Positions 1-11,000 of a DNA stretch of 64,000 nucleotides are shown here, one piece after another; positions within the stretch are counted from its first letter, which is position 1, and every line of letters starts with the position of its first letter. This DNA comes from a virus. A program made the position numbers and the translations under genes. The stretch covers positions 32,001 to 96,000 of IMG/VR virus record IMGVR_UViG_3300042305_001986. The stretch is one strand, 5' to 3'. Below the pieces are notes generated by a model. That model worked only from the letters and a program-made list of their open reading frames with translations. It did not search any database and had not been told where the DNA came from.

Positions 1-1
1 C

Positions 2-232
2 GAAAAGTCAGATTTGAATACAAACGAAATAAAGTTGGGATATGCTCTTGTTGAATTATTAAAAAACTATGAGAGAGTTTTTTTGGGTAATGATAACAAC
101 AAATTCAATAAAAATGTTATACTCCTTTCAATAAGAGAAATGACAAATATGTCAACCAAGGAAGTGAGGAGTTCAATCAAAAAATACCGTCATCTATACT
201 ATGAATTTTTAAATAAATTAAATTCTGAATAA
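2..232 (+). CDS. C-terminal part of a phage protein (5' truncated by window edge)
   Basis: Frame is open from the window start; ends ...FNKNVILLSIREMTNMSTKEVR...; function not assignable. Confidence 0.7.
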   Translation, partial: EKSDLNTNEIKLGYALVELLKNYERVFLGNDNNKFNKNVILLSIREMTNMSTKEVRSSIKKYRHLYYEFLNKLNSE

Positions 233-240
233 TTATAGAT

Positions 241-612
241 ATGACAAAACCACGCAGAAAAGAAATCAAATTATCTAAAGATTCAATCTTGGGTTTGATG
301 CAGGAAATTTACAACGAGTTGGTTGAACAAAGAAATACCGCAGTGAGACTTCAAAACAAGATGGCATCCATGATGAAGGATCCTGAAGATTTGACGGTAT
401 TAGGTCCTATTATCAAAGAACAACAAAAAATAATAAATGATACCATTGAGAAAAAATTAAGTTTGTCAAAACTTCAATCTCAGATTTGGGAAAAATCTAA
501 TAACCAAAGTGAAGAAAATTTCAGTTTGAGTGAAATTGATGATGATGTTCTTCAAAATTTGATCGGAAAAGACATTGACAAACTTGATGATGGTAAATAT
601 CATCTTAAGTAA
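241..612 (+). CDS. hypothetical coiled-coil protein
   Basis: 123-aa ORF, overlaps the next gene (TAATG). Confidence 0.75.
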   Translation: MTKPRRKEIKLSKDSILGLMQEIYNELVEQRNTAVRLQNKMASMMKDPEDLTVLGPIIKEQQKIINDTIEKKLSLSKLQSQIWEKSNNQSEENFSLSEIDDDVLQNLIGKDIDKLDDGKYHLK

Positions 613-2549
613 TGGCTCTTGATTTAAATAGTGAATTTAGTGAGATCCAACAAAAGATCAAGAGTGGTCAGACCTACAAAAAGATATCCAAACAAATAAA
701 GGATATTGAAAAAAAGGCTGGAGATGCTGAGACTGCGAGTAATAAATTTTTCTCAGAAACATTAAATTCAGCTAAAGATAAGGCAACACAAAAATTTAAC
801 TCATCTCAAGTAAAAAATCAGTATGATCAATTATTAGATTTAGTAAGAAATCCTGAAACTGGTAATGAAACAATAGATATTTTACTAAAGGCAATGCTAA
901 ACGCTTCTAGAGAAGTTAAAAATCAACTCCCTACCCTTCTCACAGATTCTACAATCAAAGCCTTAGGATGTGATCAAGAACAACAGTATGTTCCCAACGA
1001 AAAAATATACATCAAACTTGATTCGATTGATCTTTTAGATTATTTGAAGTATTCTCCCGACAATAATAAAACCAAAATATTATACGAAAAAGATCCACTT
1101 TCTGTTCAAAATAATCCATTCTCTATGAACAGAGAATTATATAATCGGACTTTAAGTAATCAAAGTTATTCTGAACAATATGGTCAGTTTTATAGAGGAA
1201 ATTCGGGACAAGATCTTTTTGATATCAAGTATGTTACTCAAGATCTAAATACCGGTAATTTTGGTGATTTTTACGAAATAACACTTCAACCAAAACTTAA
1301 TTCACCTACTACCGTTTCTGACTTTTTAGTGGATTACTATCAAAGTGTGACAATATTTGAATTTTCAGATATCTCTAAAAATATTATGAATTTACTTACG
1401 GGTAGTGTTGATATGTCTTTGGATGTAGGTCAAAAAAAGTTGGAGGATATCTCGGTTTCGTTAAAAATAATACAAAGAATTTTGGGACTTTGTTTTGATA
1501 ATACTCAAGAAATTGAGGTGGGTGGAACATCAAAAGTGTCTGTCTTAGAAGAAATTGATGACTCATTTTTTGAGTTATCTGAATTTGAACTACGAGATGT
1601 TGAAAATGAGGTAAATAATGTTATAAATCGAGTTTCAGAATTTGAGGGATGTGATAGTATCAAATTACCTGTAGACTACAATCAAATTATTAATAATGTC
1701 TCTAAAATATGGGAAAATCCGTCAAACAAAACGGACGATCAACTACAAGAGGAGCTTGTAGAATACATAAAGGAAACTTCACAAAATCCTGAATGGTCAC
1801 CAACTCTTCCAACAATTGATTTCAATACGGTTTTAAATTTAGAAGTATTAAAGCAACTTCCTAAAACAATAGTTATGTCTTTGATCAGTCCAAAAATCTT
1901 ATTACCGATCTTCATAATGTTTAAAGCTTTAAAACAAAACTTCGTTGATTTGGTTGAAGATTTCCAAAGTTTCTTGAAACATATGAGGAATATTATGGTA
2001 ACTCTGATTGCTGAAATTCAAGCCAAGTTCAAGGAAGTTTTGGTTGACATCATAAAAAAACAGATCTACAAGATCATAGTATCTTTAAACAAAGATATTA
2101 GTGAAAAAACAAAAAGTACTTATATACTGATAGTTACAAAATTACTTTCAATAGCATTTGTTTTGGTAAATTTAATTCGTGACTATAAAAGATGTCGAAG
2201 TATAGTGGATGAATTATTAACTTTATTGAGGTTATTGGGTCCCAAGTTAAAAATACCACTTCCCGCATTGGCATTTTCTTCCTTATTGGAAGGTTTTTCT
2301 ACAGTAAGAGCATTCAACAATCACGTTGAAACTTTAGATAAACTGGGTTTTCCCACTGGTGATTTACCTGACGGATCTCCCAATTTGGGATTAATTTCCA
2401 ATTTCTCTTTGATTTCGGCATATAAAAAGGAGTTAGATGAAAATTCTAAACTTCAGATTTCAACAGTGGATCTCGGAAGTCAACAACCCTTAATTCCTTT
2501 GGCAGGACCATTTTTGGGACCTGGCGTAATGTATGGTAAATTAACATGA
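612..2549 (+). CDS. hypothetical protein, probably virion/baseplate region
   Basis: 645-aa ORF in a coupled operon upstream of the spike-like gene. Confidence 0.7.
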   Translation: MALDLNSEFSEIQQKIKSGQTYKKISKQIKDIEKKAGDAETASNKFFSETLNSAKDKATQKFNSSQVKNQYDQLLDLVRNPETGNETIDILLKAMLNASREVKNQLPTLLTDSTIKALGCDQEQQYVPNEKIYIKLDSIDLLDYLKYSPDNNKTKILYEKDPLSVQNNPFSMNRELYNRTLSNQSYSEQYGQFYRGNSGQDLFDIKYVTQDLNTGNFGDFYEITLQPKLNSPTTVSDFLVDYYQSVTIFEFSDISKNIMNLLTGSVDMSLDVGQKKLEDISVSLKIIQRILGLCFDNTQEIEVGGTSKVSVLEEIDDSFFELSEFELRDVENEVNNVINRVSEFEGCDSIKLPVDYNQIINNVSKIWENPSNKTDDQLQEELVEYIKETSQNPEWSPTLPTIDFNTVLNLEVLKQLPKTIVMSLISPKILLPIFIMFKALKQNFVDLVEDFQSFLKHMRNIMVTLIAEIQAKFKEVLVDIIKKQIYKIIVSLNKDISEKTKSTYILIVTKLLSIAFVLVNLIRDYKRCRSIVDELLTLLRLLGPKLKIPLPALAFSSLLEGFSTVRAFNNHVETLDKLGFPTGDLPDGSPNLGLISNFSLISAYKKELDENSKLQISTVDLGSQQPLIPLAGPFLGPGVMYGKLT

Positions 2550-2758
2550 TTACAGAAAATGAACAAAAATTTATCAAACAGGTAATTTCTGATTTTGATA
2601 ATACACCAAACAAAAAAATCACAGAGGTTTTGGATATCCTCCGTAGAGATTTTGACGACTCAAAAAAAATCATCGAAAGAGTTTCAGAGCATATGAAAAT
2701 AACTGAAACTGTTTATAATGAACTTTTGGTAAAATATAAAAATAGAACAAATTCATAA
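2546..2758 (+). CDS. hypothetical protein
   Basis: 70-aa ORF, ATGA overlap with the upstream gene. Confidence 0.7.
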   Translation: MITENEQKFIKQVISDFDNTPNKKITEVLDILRRDFDDSKKIIERVSEHMKITETVYNELLVKYKNRTNS

Positions 2759-2761
2759 CGA

Positions 2762-4306
2762 ATGATTGATGCAAGTAGTTCGAGTACAAAGATAATTCAT
2801 CCTGGTGTATGTATATCGGTTGATGACCCTTTGGTCATTGGTAGAATTCGTGCCCATCCGTCCACACGATATATCAATGATATTGTCAAAGCAAGTTTTC
2901 CAAATGAAGTGTTCGATATACCAGGTGATATCCCATCTAAATATTTTTGGACAAAAAGAGATCCATTTGTTTTTAACTCACTTATTCCTTACTTTTTTAG
3001 ACAAGTCCCTCGTGTTGGTGAGTATGTTCATATCATTTATTCAAATCCAAGTTTTCAGGATGATAAGAACAAATTTTATGTTCAAGGTCCGATTTCATCA
3101 CCTACTCTTCAATACAAAGATGTTGCTGCAAATGCAGAACAATTGTTAACTTTGGGTGATAGAGTAAAATCTATGCCCAACCTTAAAAATTCTGACGGTT
3201 CATATAAAAACCCCAAAACCCAATCTATTTTCCCTGACCCTAATGACGTGGCAATTTTGGGAAGATACAACACGGACATAATATTAAAGGATGAAGATGT
3301 TATATTGAGGGCTGGAAAAGCAAAATCTATTGGTTTAAAGAATGCCAACGGATCAACATTTCCTTATGAGAACCCAAGAAGATCTTTTATTCAATTAAGT
3401 AACTTAGAAACTACGACTTCAGAAAAAACAATCAAGAAAGTTTTTAAAGCCGAGCAAACAGATGCTAATTTAACATACTTGGTTGAATGGGATATAATAA
3501 ATCTTAATAGTGGTGCTAATTTTACGGGTTCAATTTATTTTTATAGAATTGATGCTGGTCAAAATACAAAAACAAAAGATGTTTTACCTGACACCGTTAT
3601 TGAAGGAAAAACTTTAGCTTATAAAGAAGATTTTCAGGGTTTGTCTATGAGTGCAGCAACTGAATTTATCAATACCACAATGGCTAAGTTTAAAAATTCT
3701 ACCCTTACCATTTCCCCCTCTTTAGGGAATGTTTTTCCTTTTTATTATAGACCTAGTCAAAATGTTTTAAATACCACAACTCAAACCTCAGATCCCCTTT
3801 CTTTGGTCAATGCGTTGTCTTTTCAAAGTCAGATAGGTTTATCTTTGAGTTCAACAGAATCATCAGGTTTTGGGGGGTTCGGTTTAATCTTCTCGAAAGA
3901 TAAAAAAGGTAATCCAATTCAAATTAAACAGATTAATTTGGAGGACAGTAAAACCTCATCCGATAATTCTACAGTTCAAATATTTGGTGCAGATAAATTC
4001 TACTTTATATCACATCAATCTACAATACCCGGAAAAAAGAAAATCAATTTAGAAGGAACCAATTATGGAGTTTCGGGTGATTTTATAAATGAAAATGTTA
4101 TTGAAAACGTTTCATCTATGGTCAGAGGTGAGGAGTTATTAGAGTTATTGAATTATATCATTCAGTATTTGATAACTCACGTTCACTCATATCATGGATT
4201 ACCACCAGTACCAACCACAACAAACGGATCAACAACAACTGAATTGATGAAAAAGATGATGGACGCTTACCAAAAAGTTTTGAGTCAAAACTTTAAGTTG
4301 AATTGA
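2762..4306 (+). CDS. baseplate central spike/hub protein (gp5/VgrG-like)
   Basis: N-terminal GVCISVDDPLVIGRIRA fits the gp5/Vgr OB-fold start; C-terminal THVHSYHG is a spike-tip-like HxH motif. Confidence 0.6.
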   Translation: MIDASSSSTKIIHPGVCISVDDPLVIGRIRAHPSTRYINDIVKASFPNEVFDIPGDIPSKYFWTKRDPFVFNSLIPYFFRQVPRVGEYVHIIYSNPSFQDDKNKFYVQGPISSPTLQYKDVAANAEQLLTLGDRVKSMPNLKNSDGSYKNPKTQSIFPDPNDVAILGRYNTDIILKDEDVILRAGKAKSIGLKNANGSTFPYENPRRSFIQLSNLETTTSEKTIKKVFKAEQTDANLTYLVEWDIINLNSGANFTGSIYFYRIDAGQNTKTKDVLPDTVIEGKTLAYKEDFQGLSMSAATEFINTTMAKFKNSTLTISPSLGNVFPFYYRPSQNVLNTTTQTSDPLSLVNALSFQSQIGLSLSSTESSGFGGFGLIFSKDKKGNPIQIKQINLEDSKTSSDNSTVQIFGADKFYFISHQSTIPGKKKINLEGTNYGVSGDFINENVIENVSSMVRGEELLELLNYIIQYLITHVHSYHGLPPVPTTTNGSTTTELMKKMMDAYQKVLSQNFKLN

Positions 4307-4328
4307 TATTTATAGATAAAATATCAAT

Positions 4329-5828
4329 ATGTCTGACCATCGTTCGTATTTTAGTAGAAACAATACCATAGTTTTTAATTCTGAGGTAAACACGGGGAGA
4401 AACCCTGTTACAGAATTATTTTTTGGATCAAACTTTCCAGCCATAGGAACAAAATCTTTCTCAAGATTTATTTTTGATCTTGATTTAGAACCCCTCCAAC
4501 AGAAAATTACTGAAGGATATCTTAATTTATCCTGTAATACAAATATCACTCACGAATTAAGAATGACCAATTCCTCGGCCTTTGAGGATCTATTGAATGA
4601 AACGAATAGTGATGGTAGAAGAAGGTCAACTTCATTTGATTTGATTCTTTTTAGAATACCAAAATCGGGTGGTGCAACAGGAACAACACAGAGTTGGGAT
4701 GAAGGTGTTGGATATGATTTCAACGAAACCTCAGTAGATAATGTTGACAGTCAATATTATAGAAACATTATTGAAACTGATAAATCCTATTCATTGAGAC
4801 CATCAAATTACTTTGACAGACAACTTATTTACGATTGGAGCACAAACGGAATTTATATAAATGACAATAGTGGAACAAGTGGTAAGGTCAATTATTCTGC
4901 ACTCACCATTGTAGATACACAACATTTTGAGTTTGGTGATGAGGACATTTCATTTGACATGACGAGTGAAATTAACTCTATTTTAAACGGATCTTTAACC
5001 AATAATGTAGGGTGGGGTATTGCTTATGTACCACAAGTAGAAAACTTAACAGGTTTGAGTGAATCATATTTTGTAGGATTCTTCACAAGACACACTCAAA
5101 CATTTTATGAACCCTACCTTTACTCCACATGGAATGATGTAATCGATGATTCAAGAACCAATTTCACCGAAGGTACATCCAATGATCTTTATCTCTACAT
5201 ATCAAGGAACGGATCTCCAATAAATTTGGATTCAAGTCCTACGGTGGACATCTTGGATCCAAACGGAGATGAAATTGCGGGATTGACAGGTATTTCAACC
5301 TGTAGAGTTAGTAAAGGGATATATAAGGTTTCAGTACCTGCCATTACGGGGGGAAGTTTGAATTGTTTATATACCGATAGATGGAAAAATCTTGTGTTAA
5401 ATAGTGTTGCTTTATCCAATATTGATAATGAATTTGAACTCAAATCATATAGTGATAGTTTACAATATGACACCTCATTACCCGACACTCAAGAGTACGG
5501 ATTTACATTCTATGGAATTCAATACGCTGAGAAAATATTGAACACCGATCAAAGAAAAATATCGGTTATACCTAAAAAAGCATATACAAAGTCACATATT
5601 GTGGAAGATATTGATGTTCAATATAGAATATATGTAAAGGAGGGTCAAACAGAGGTTCAAGTTACAGATTGGACTGAACTTAATAGAACCCCACAAGAAT
5701 ACTTCTTCATATTAGATCTAAAAGACAAGATTCCAAATGAATATTTTATTGATTTACAACTAAATCAAAATAACAATGTTGTCACATACAAAAACGAAAT
5801 AAATTTCCAAGTCGTAAATAAAAAATGA
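4329..5828 (+). CDS. putative virion structural protein
   Basis: 499-aa beta-rich ORF preceded by the TATTTAT late-type motif. Confidence 0.6.
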   Translation: MSDHRSYFSRNNTIVFNSEVNTGRNPVTELFFGSNFPAIGTKSFSRFIFDLDLEPLQQKITEGYLNLSCNTNITHELRMTNSSAFEDLLNETNSDGRRRSTSFDLILFRIPKSGGATGTTQSWDEGVGYDFNETSVDNVDSQYYRNIIETDKSYSLRPSNYFDRQLIYDWSTNGIYINDNSGTSGKVNYSALTIVDTQHFEFGDEDISFDMTSEINSILNGSLTNNVGWGIAYVPQVENLTGLSESYFVGFFTRHTQTFYEPYLYSTWNDVIDDSRTNFTEGTSNDLYLYISRNGSPINLDSSPTVDILDPNGDEIAGLTGISTCRVSKGIYKVSVPAITGGSLNCLYTDRWKNLVLNSVALSNIDNEFELKSYSDSLQYDTSLPDTQEYGFTFYGIQYAEKILNTDQRKISVIPKKAYTKSHIVEDIDVQYRIYVKEGQTEVQVTDWTELNRTPQEYFFILDLKDKIPNEYFIDLQLNQNNNVVTYKNEINFQVVNKK

Positions 5829-6079
5829 GTAAAATTATTTTAAATAATGAAGATATGAAAGAAATCTTGAGAAGATTCCTTATTGAAGCTTACATTACCG
5901 AGAAGAAGAAAAAATCAAATAAGTTATGTTCTCGTGGTATATCAGCAGCTAAAGCAAAATATGATGTATATCCAAGTGCATATGCTAATGGATATGCGGT
6001 TCAAGTGTGTAAAGGAAGGATGCCAGGTCTTGATGGTAAGAAAAGATGTTCAGGATCCTACTGTAAAGGTAAAAAATAA
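5825..6079 (+). CDS. small basic Cys-containing phage protein
   Basis: AKAKYDVYPSAYANG motif; N-terminal 'EILRRFLIEA' leader. Confidence 0.65.
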   Translation: MSKIILNNEDMKEILRRFLIEAYITEKKKKSNKLCSRGISAAKAKYDVYPSAYANGYAVQVCKGRMPGLDGKKRCSGSYCKGKK

Positions 6080-6096
6080 CCCCTTATTATTATTTA

Positions 6097-6115
6097 CTTA
6101 ACTTTCTCTTAACAA
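6097..6115 (+). promoter_or_regulatory. Pho-box-like direct repeat (CTTAAC-N5-CTTAAC, 11-bp period)
   Basis: cttaac at 6097 and 6108, about 60-75 nt upstream of the T9SS/TBDR operon. Confidence 0.5.
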
Positions 6116-6172
6116 CCTTCTTTTGACCTATTGTAATTATAGACGTATAATTTACAATAAATTTAAAAAAAG

Positions 6173-7765
6173 ATGATTATGAGAAAACAAATTTTGCTGA
6201 CCCTGTCACTATTTATGGGTCTTTTGACAACTAATGCTCAAGAATGGACTTGGGATTATGTAAACTACAGAGGTGCCTTCCCTGTAACTGACAACACAAC
6301 AGCAACTGATTGGACTTATGGATGGACAAATTGGGATCCACAAAACACAGAATACCCAACCCCGTCTATGATCCTTTCTTCAGATATTACGGTAAATACA
6401 ACCATCGGAGGTGTTGTTGAACTCCAAAACAAAGTATATGTCAAGAATGGTGCGGTTTTGACAATTCAACCAGGAACAATTATCAGAGGAGACGCATCCA
6501 CACAAGCAACTTTGATTGTAACAAAAGGTTCAAAAATTATTGCACAAGGGACACAAGACCAACCCATCGTTTTTACATCCAATCAACCTGTGGGTGAGAG
6601 AGCTGAGGGTGATTGGGGAGGATTAGTTATTTTGGGTAATGCGATCAACAATCAACCTGGCGGTATTGCAAATATTGAAGGTATTCCAGCCTCTTTGGAT
6701 ACTGAATACGGTGGAACTGATGATAATGACAACTCAGGTATATTAGAATATGTTAGAGTAGAATTTTGTGGTATCGCTCTTGAACCAAACAAAGAAATCA
6801 ACGGAATTACCTTTGGTTCTGTAGGTTCAGGAACTTATGTGAATAATCTTCAAGTATCTTATTCAGGTGATGATTCATTTGAATGGTTCGGTGGAACTGT
6901 AAATTGCAAACACCTCATCGCTTATAGTGGTATTGATGATGATTTTGATACCGACTTTGGTTACAGAGGAAAAGTTCAATTTGTTTTGTCCATCAGAAAC
7001 AAATATATGTATGATGCAGTCGGTGACTCCAACGCATTTGAATCAGACAACGATGGTCAAGGATCTGCTAATGAACCCCTAACCTCACCTGTTTTTTCTA
7101 ATGTAACTTTGGTTGGGCCGTTTGGTGATGATATCACCGATGACCTTCCAAACGGAGAAACTTTTGAGAAGGCTTTTAGATTAAGAAGAAACACTTCAAC
7201 TTCTGTATTCAACTCTTTGGTTACAGGTTGGGAAAAAGGTGTTTCTATTGAGGGCACTTCAACCCAAGTCAATGTAACAAACGGAGATTTGGTTTTTGCT
7301 AACAATATTTTGGCAGATCTTCCTGTTGGTTCAAATTGTGTTTCAGGAACGGAAGATTTTTACAATTCATTCTTTGGTGTAAACAACAACGACTCAACAA
7401 CAACAATTGAACAAATTGATTGGGTTAATTTGTTTGTTGATTTGGGTTTGACTCCTGATGCTAGACTTAGCGAAAGCAATTCACCAGCTTTGGGAGCGGA
7501 TTTCACACATCCACTTTTATCTAACCCTGTTGTGATCGGTGTTGAAGATGAACCCACATCCAACTTCACAATTTACCCCAACCCAACATCTGACTTTTTG
7601 AATGTTGTTTCACCAAATAGAACTCCTATCTTCGTGATGAATCAGGTGGGTCAAAGAGTTTATGAGGATTATGCACCAACCACAATCAATCTTTCAAACT
7701 TTGAAGATGGAATTTATTTCATTCAAACATCCAACGATGTTCAGAAGTTTGTAATACAAAAGTAA
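6173..7765 (+). CDS. secreted beta-helix-like protein with T9SS type A C-terminal sorting domain
   Basis: Signal peptide; GDWGGLVILGNA, GDDSFEWFGG and DDDFDTDFGY motifs; C-terminal IYPNPT...GIYFIQ...KFVIQK CTD. Confidence 0.85.
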   Translation: MIMRKQILLTLSLFMGLLTTNAQEWTWDYVNYRGAFPVTDNTTATDWTYGWTNWDPQNTEYPTPSMILSSDITVNTTIGGVVELQNKVYVKNGAVLTIQPGTIIRGDASTQATLIVTKGSKIIAQGTQDQPIVFTSNQPVGERAEGDWGGLVILGNAINNQPGGIANIEGIPASLDTEYGGTDDNDNSGILEYVRVEFCGIALEPNKEINGITFGSVGSGTYVNNLQVSYSGDDSFEWFGGTVNCKHLIAYSGIDDDFDTDFGYRGKVQFVLSIRNKYMYDAVGDSNAFESDNDGQGSANEPLTSPVFSNVTLVGPFGDDITDDLPNGETFEKAFRLRRNTSTSVFNSLVTGWEKGVSIEGTSTQVNVTNGDLVFANNILADLPVGSNCVSGTEDFYNSFFGVNNNDSTTTIEQIDWVNLFVDLGLTPDARLSESNSPALGADFTHPLLSNPVVIGVEDEPTSNFTIYPNPTSDFLNVVSPNRTPIFVMNQVGQRVYEDYAPTTINLSNFEDGIYFIQTSNDVQKFVIQK

Positions 7766-7766
7766 A

Positions 7767-10550
7767 ATGAAATACTTCAACTTATTTATATTTTTATTCT
7801 TACCTTTTTGTTTATTTTCACAATATAATTTATCTGGCACGGTCAACGACTCTCAATCACGGGAGTCGTTGATTGGTGCAACGGTATATATTGAGGAATT
7901 AGGTAAAGGAACGATGAGTGACCTTGATGGAAACTTCTCAATTCAAAATATTCCTTCAGGGGTTTATAATGTTAGATTCAGTTTTATCGGTTATGACACT
8001 TCGGTTCAAAGTATAAATATGGTTGGAAAAAGTGGGGTTGTTGATGTATCTCTCAACCCCGTCTTTTTGGAAATAGGTGAGGCTACAGTTGTTGCTCAAG
8101 CGAATCAACAATCAACAACACAGATGATTGCTTTACAAAAAAGATCAGCATCAGTTATTGATGGTGTTTCTTCGGAGGTTTTCAGTAAAACACCCGACGC
8201 TAAAGCATCCGATGTATTCAAAAGAGTGGGGGGTGTAACGATACAAGAAAATAAATTTGTGATTATCAGAGGTTTAAACGATAGATATAACTTCGCTTAT
8301 ATCAACGGAACTCCTCTTCCTTCAACCGAATCAGATAGAAGAGCATTTTCATTTGATTTGTTTCCTTCCAATATGATTGACAACTTGTATGTTAATAAAT
8401 CGTCTTCACCTGATCTCTCTGGTGAATTCTCAGGTGGTTTAATTAACATCAATACAACAGATCCGAAGGAAGTGACATATCAGAATTTTCAGATCGGAAC
8501 ATCATTCAATACGATGACCACCTTCCAAGACTTTGGAACTTACAGAGGGAGTCCGATGGATCCAATTGGGTTGGGATCGGAATTTAGATGTTTACCCGAC
8601 AATATTCCAAACACTTCTGAGTTTGTAAATTTATCCAAACAAGAAAGGTCCGAACTTGCATCGTTGATTCAAACCGATTGGTCAACATATTCAAGAAAAG
8701 CACCTGTATCTTCTACTTTTCAATATTCAGTAGGAAAAAATTATTCATTTGGAAGTAGAACCCTTCTTTTAAGTGGAGCTTATAATTATTCAAGTCAGTT
8801 CAATACTACCACTACAACAAGAAGAGATTTTGAAGAACAAAGTTTGGAAGTTGTTCAAAAGATGGAACTTAATGATTCAGTTTTTGTTCACAATATTGCA
8901 AACAGTGGTCTTCTTAATTTTTCTTTGTTATTAAATCCTAACAATACCATAAAATTAAAGAACTTTTACACCATAAATTCTGAAGATAGAGTCAATGTAA
9001 GACAAGGTGTAAGGGAAATGGATAATGACCCAAGACAATGGGAAAAATCCACAAATTTTTGGTACACACAAAATAACTTTTTATCACAACAGTTAATTGG
9101 AACTCACAACATCATAAATTCAAAGTTGAATTGGAATTTGAGTTACAACAATGTTAAAAGAGATATTCCAAACTTAAGAAGAATAGTTTATCGAAAATAT
9201 TCTTTGAATGAAGATGATTCAAATACACAATATACCGCAGTTATACAATCAAATGGAACTATTCCCACCGCTGCGGGAAATATGTTTTGGTCTTATTCAG
9301 ATGAAGATCTATATTCAGGAAAATTAGATTGGTCAAGAAATATAACACTCGGTTCATTTGAAAATGAAGTGAAGATAGGAGGGATATATCAACACAGAGA
9401 TAGAAATTTTATCTCCCGTAACTTAGGTTATTCACAATACAAACCACAAAACGGTTATTTTGATAGTTCATTACTTCTATTGGATCCAAGTCAGATTTTT
9501 TCACAAGAAAATATGGGACTATTGGATAATGGGATGGGTGGATTCAAATTAGATGAATCAACCAACGTGGATGATAGTTATAACGCAAACTCCACATTAG
9601 GGGTGGGATATACATCATTTGATACAAAATATAGATCATTCAGATTTATATATGGGTTAAGAGTTGAAAATTACAATCAAAACTTTTTCTACACAGAATT
9701 TGGTTCAAATAAACCAATTCATATCAATAGTAATATAACTGACTTCTTACCTTCATTTAATTTTGTTTATACAATAAATGACAAGACCCAACTCAGGTCG
9801 TCCCTATATTCAAGTGTTTCAAGACCTGAATTTAGAGAACTTGCACCCTTCACCTTCTACAACTTTATTCAAGATAATATTATAACAGGAAATCCATATT
9901 TGGAGAGAACCAAAATAAATAACCAAGAAGTAAGGTTTGAGTTTTATCCCGATCTAAATGATATTTTTTCTATTTCAATATTCAACAAAAACCTGACCAA
10001 TCCAATTGAATTGATTAATAGAACTGGTGTTTCAGGAGCACCAGAGATTTATTATTCAAATGTTCAAAGTGCGTTTATCAGAGGTATTGAATTTGAAGGT
10101 AAAATAAATCTGATTGACAATCTAAATCTTACATCCAATGTTTCATTGGTTCAATCTGAAGTTGATTTGAATGGATTTGAAGGATCTGAAAATGGAAGAC
10201 CACTACAAGGTCAATCACCTTATGTTTATAACTTCGGTTTGTTATATAACACACAAAATAATTGGAATATTTCCGCAAGTTACAATATGGTTGGTCCGAG
10301 AATCTTCATCGTCGGAAATATTCAAGAACCATCGGTTTGGGAAAATGGAAGAAATTTGATTGATCTTCAGGTTTCCAAAAAATTCGGAAATGTTGAAATG
10401 AAGTTTAATGTTAGAGATTTACTCTCACAAGATTTGGTAATGTTCCAAGATCTTAACGGTAATGAAAAATTGGATGAGGGGGACAACAGATGGCAAGAAA
10501 CAAGGATGGGGTCAAATGTCAACTTTAGTTTGAAATATAATTTCAACTGA
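7767..10550 (+). CDS. TonB-dependent outer membrane receptor
   Basis: Signal peptide; CarboxypepD_reg-like N-domain (LIGATVYI..GTMSDLDGNFSI); plug IIRGLNDRYN; SRPEFRELAPF; barrel-type C-terminus LKYNFN. Confidence 0.92.
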   Translation: MKYFNLFIFLFLPFCLFSQYNLSGTVNDSQSRESLIGATVYIEELGKGTMSDLDGNFSIQNIPSGVYNVRFSFIGYDTSVQSINMVGKSGVVDVSLNPVFLEIGEATVVAQANQQSTTQMIALQKRSASVIDGVSSEVFSKTPDAKASDVFKRVGGVTIQENKFVIIRGLNDRYNFAYINGTPLPSTESDRRAFSFDLFPSNMIDNLYVNKSSSPDLSGEFSGGLININTTDPKEVTYQNFQIGTSFNTMTTFQDFGTYRGSPMDPIGLGSEFRCLPDNIPNTSEFVNLSKQERSELASLIQTDWSTYSRKAPVSSTFQYSVGKNYSFGSRTLLLSGAYNYSSQFNTTTTTRRDFEEQSLEVVQKMELNDSVFVHNIANSGLLNFSLLLNPNNTIKLKNFYTINSEDRVNVRQGVREMDNDPRQWEKSTNFWYTQNNFLSQQLIGTHNIINSKLNWNLSYNNVKRDIPNLRRIVYRKYSLNEDDSNTQYTAVIQSNGTIPTAAGNMFWSYSDEDLYSGKLDWSRNITLGSFENEVKIGGIYQHRDRNFISRNLGYSQYKPQNGYFDSSLLLLDPSQIFSQENMGLLDNGMGGFKLDESTNVDDSYNANSTLGVGYTSFDTKYRSFRFIYGLRVENYNQNFFYTEFGSNKPIHINSNITDFLPSFNFVYTINDKTQLRSSLYSSVSRPEFRELAPFTFYNFIQDNIITGNPYLERTKINNQEVRFEFYPDLNDIFSISIFNKNLTNPIELINRTGVSGAPEIYYSNVQSAFIRGIEFEGKINLIDNLNLTSNVSLVQSEVDLNGFEGSENGRPLQGQSPYVYNFGLLYNTQNNWNISASYNMVGPRIFIVGNIQEPSVWENGRNLIDLQVSKKFGNVEMKFNVRDLLSQDLVMFQDLNGNEKLDEGDNRWQETRMGSNVNFSLKYNFN

Positions 10551-10597
10551 TGTAAATATTACAGATTTTTGTGTATTTATTGACAAATCCCATAACA

Positions 10598-10774
10598 ATG
10601 AATTATCGGACCTATGAACTAATTAAGGAAGGAAAAGTTATTAACCAAACAGAGGCTCAATCTGCGGATTCAGCATTAGATTATTTTAATTTATTTCACG
10701 AAGATCTAATGTCTTCATCACACTACCAAATCAAATTTCGTAAATCTTCACAATCAAATCATTTGAACCTTTGA
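10598..10774 (+). CDS. small hypothetical protein
   Basis: ATG at 10598 downstream of TATTTAT; 58 aa. Confidence 0.55.
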   Translation: MNYRTYELIKEGKVINQTEAQSADSALDYFNLFHEDLMSSSHYQIKFRKSSQSNHLNL

Positions 10775-11000
10775 TAATTCGGTGATAACTTTCTTTGGGG
10801 ATGTTCAATACATCCCCTTTTTTCATTTCTGTTGGTAGTTGATCTTCAAATTGAAAATACCACCCGTCAGACTCCAATATCTCCACGATACGGTCGTTTC
10901 TATCACGATGCCATACCAGTTCATCACTCTCAACATTTTCTTTGAAAACACGAGTGATTATACTGTCATTTACTTCTTCCTGATAAGGATTTACCACCAT
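10731..11000 (-). CDS. small cupin-like phage protein
   Basis: ELVWHRD...IPKESYHRIIKG cupin-like His motifs; probable start at 11000 overlaps the upstream stop. Confidence 0.7.
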   Translation of the reverse strand: MVVNPYQEEVNDSIITRVFKENVESDELVWHRDRNDRIVEILESDGWYFQFEDQLPTEMKKGDVLNIPKESYHRIIKGSNDLIVKIYEI

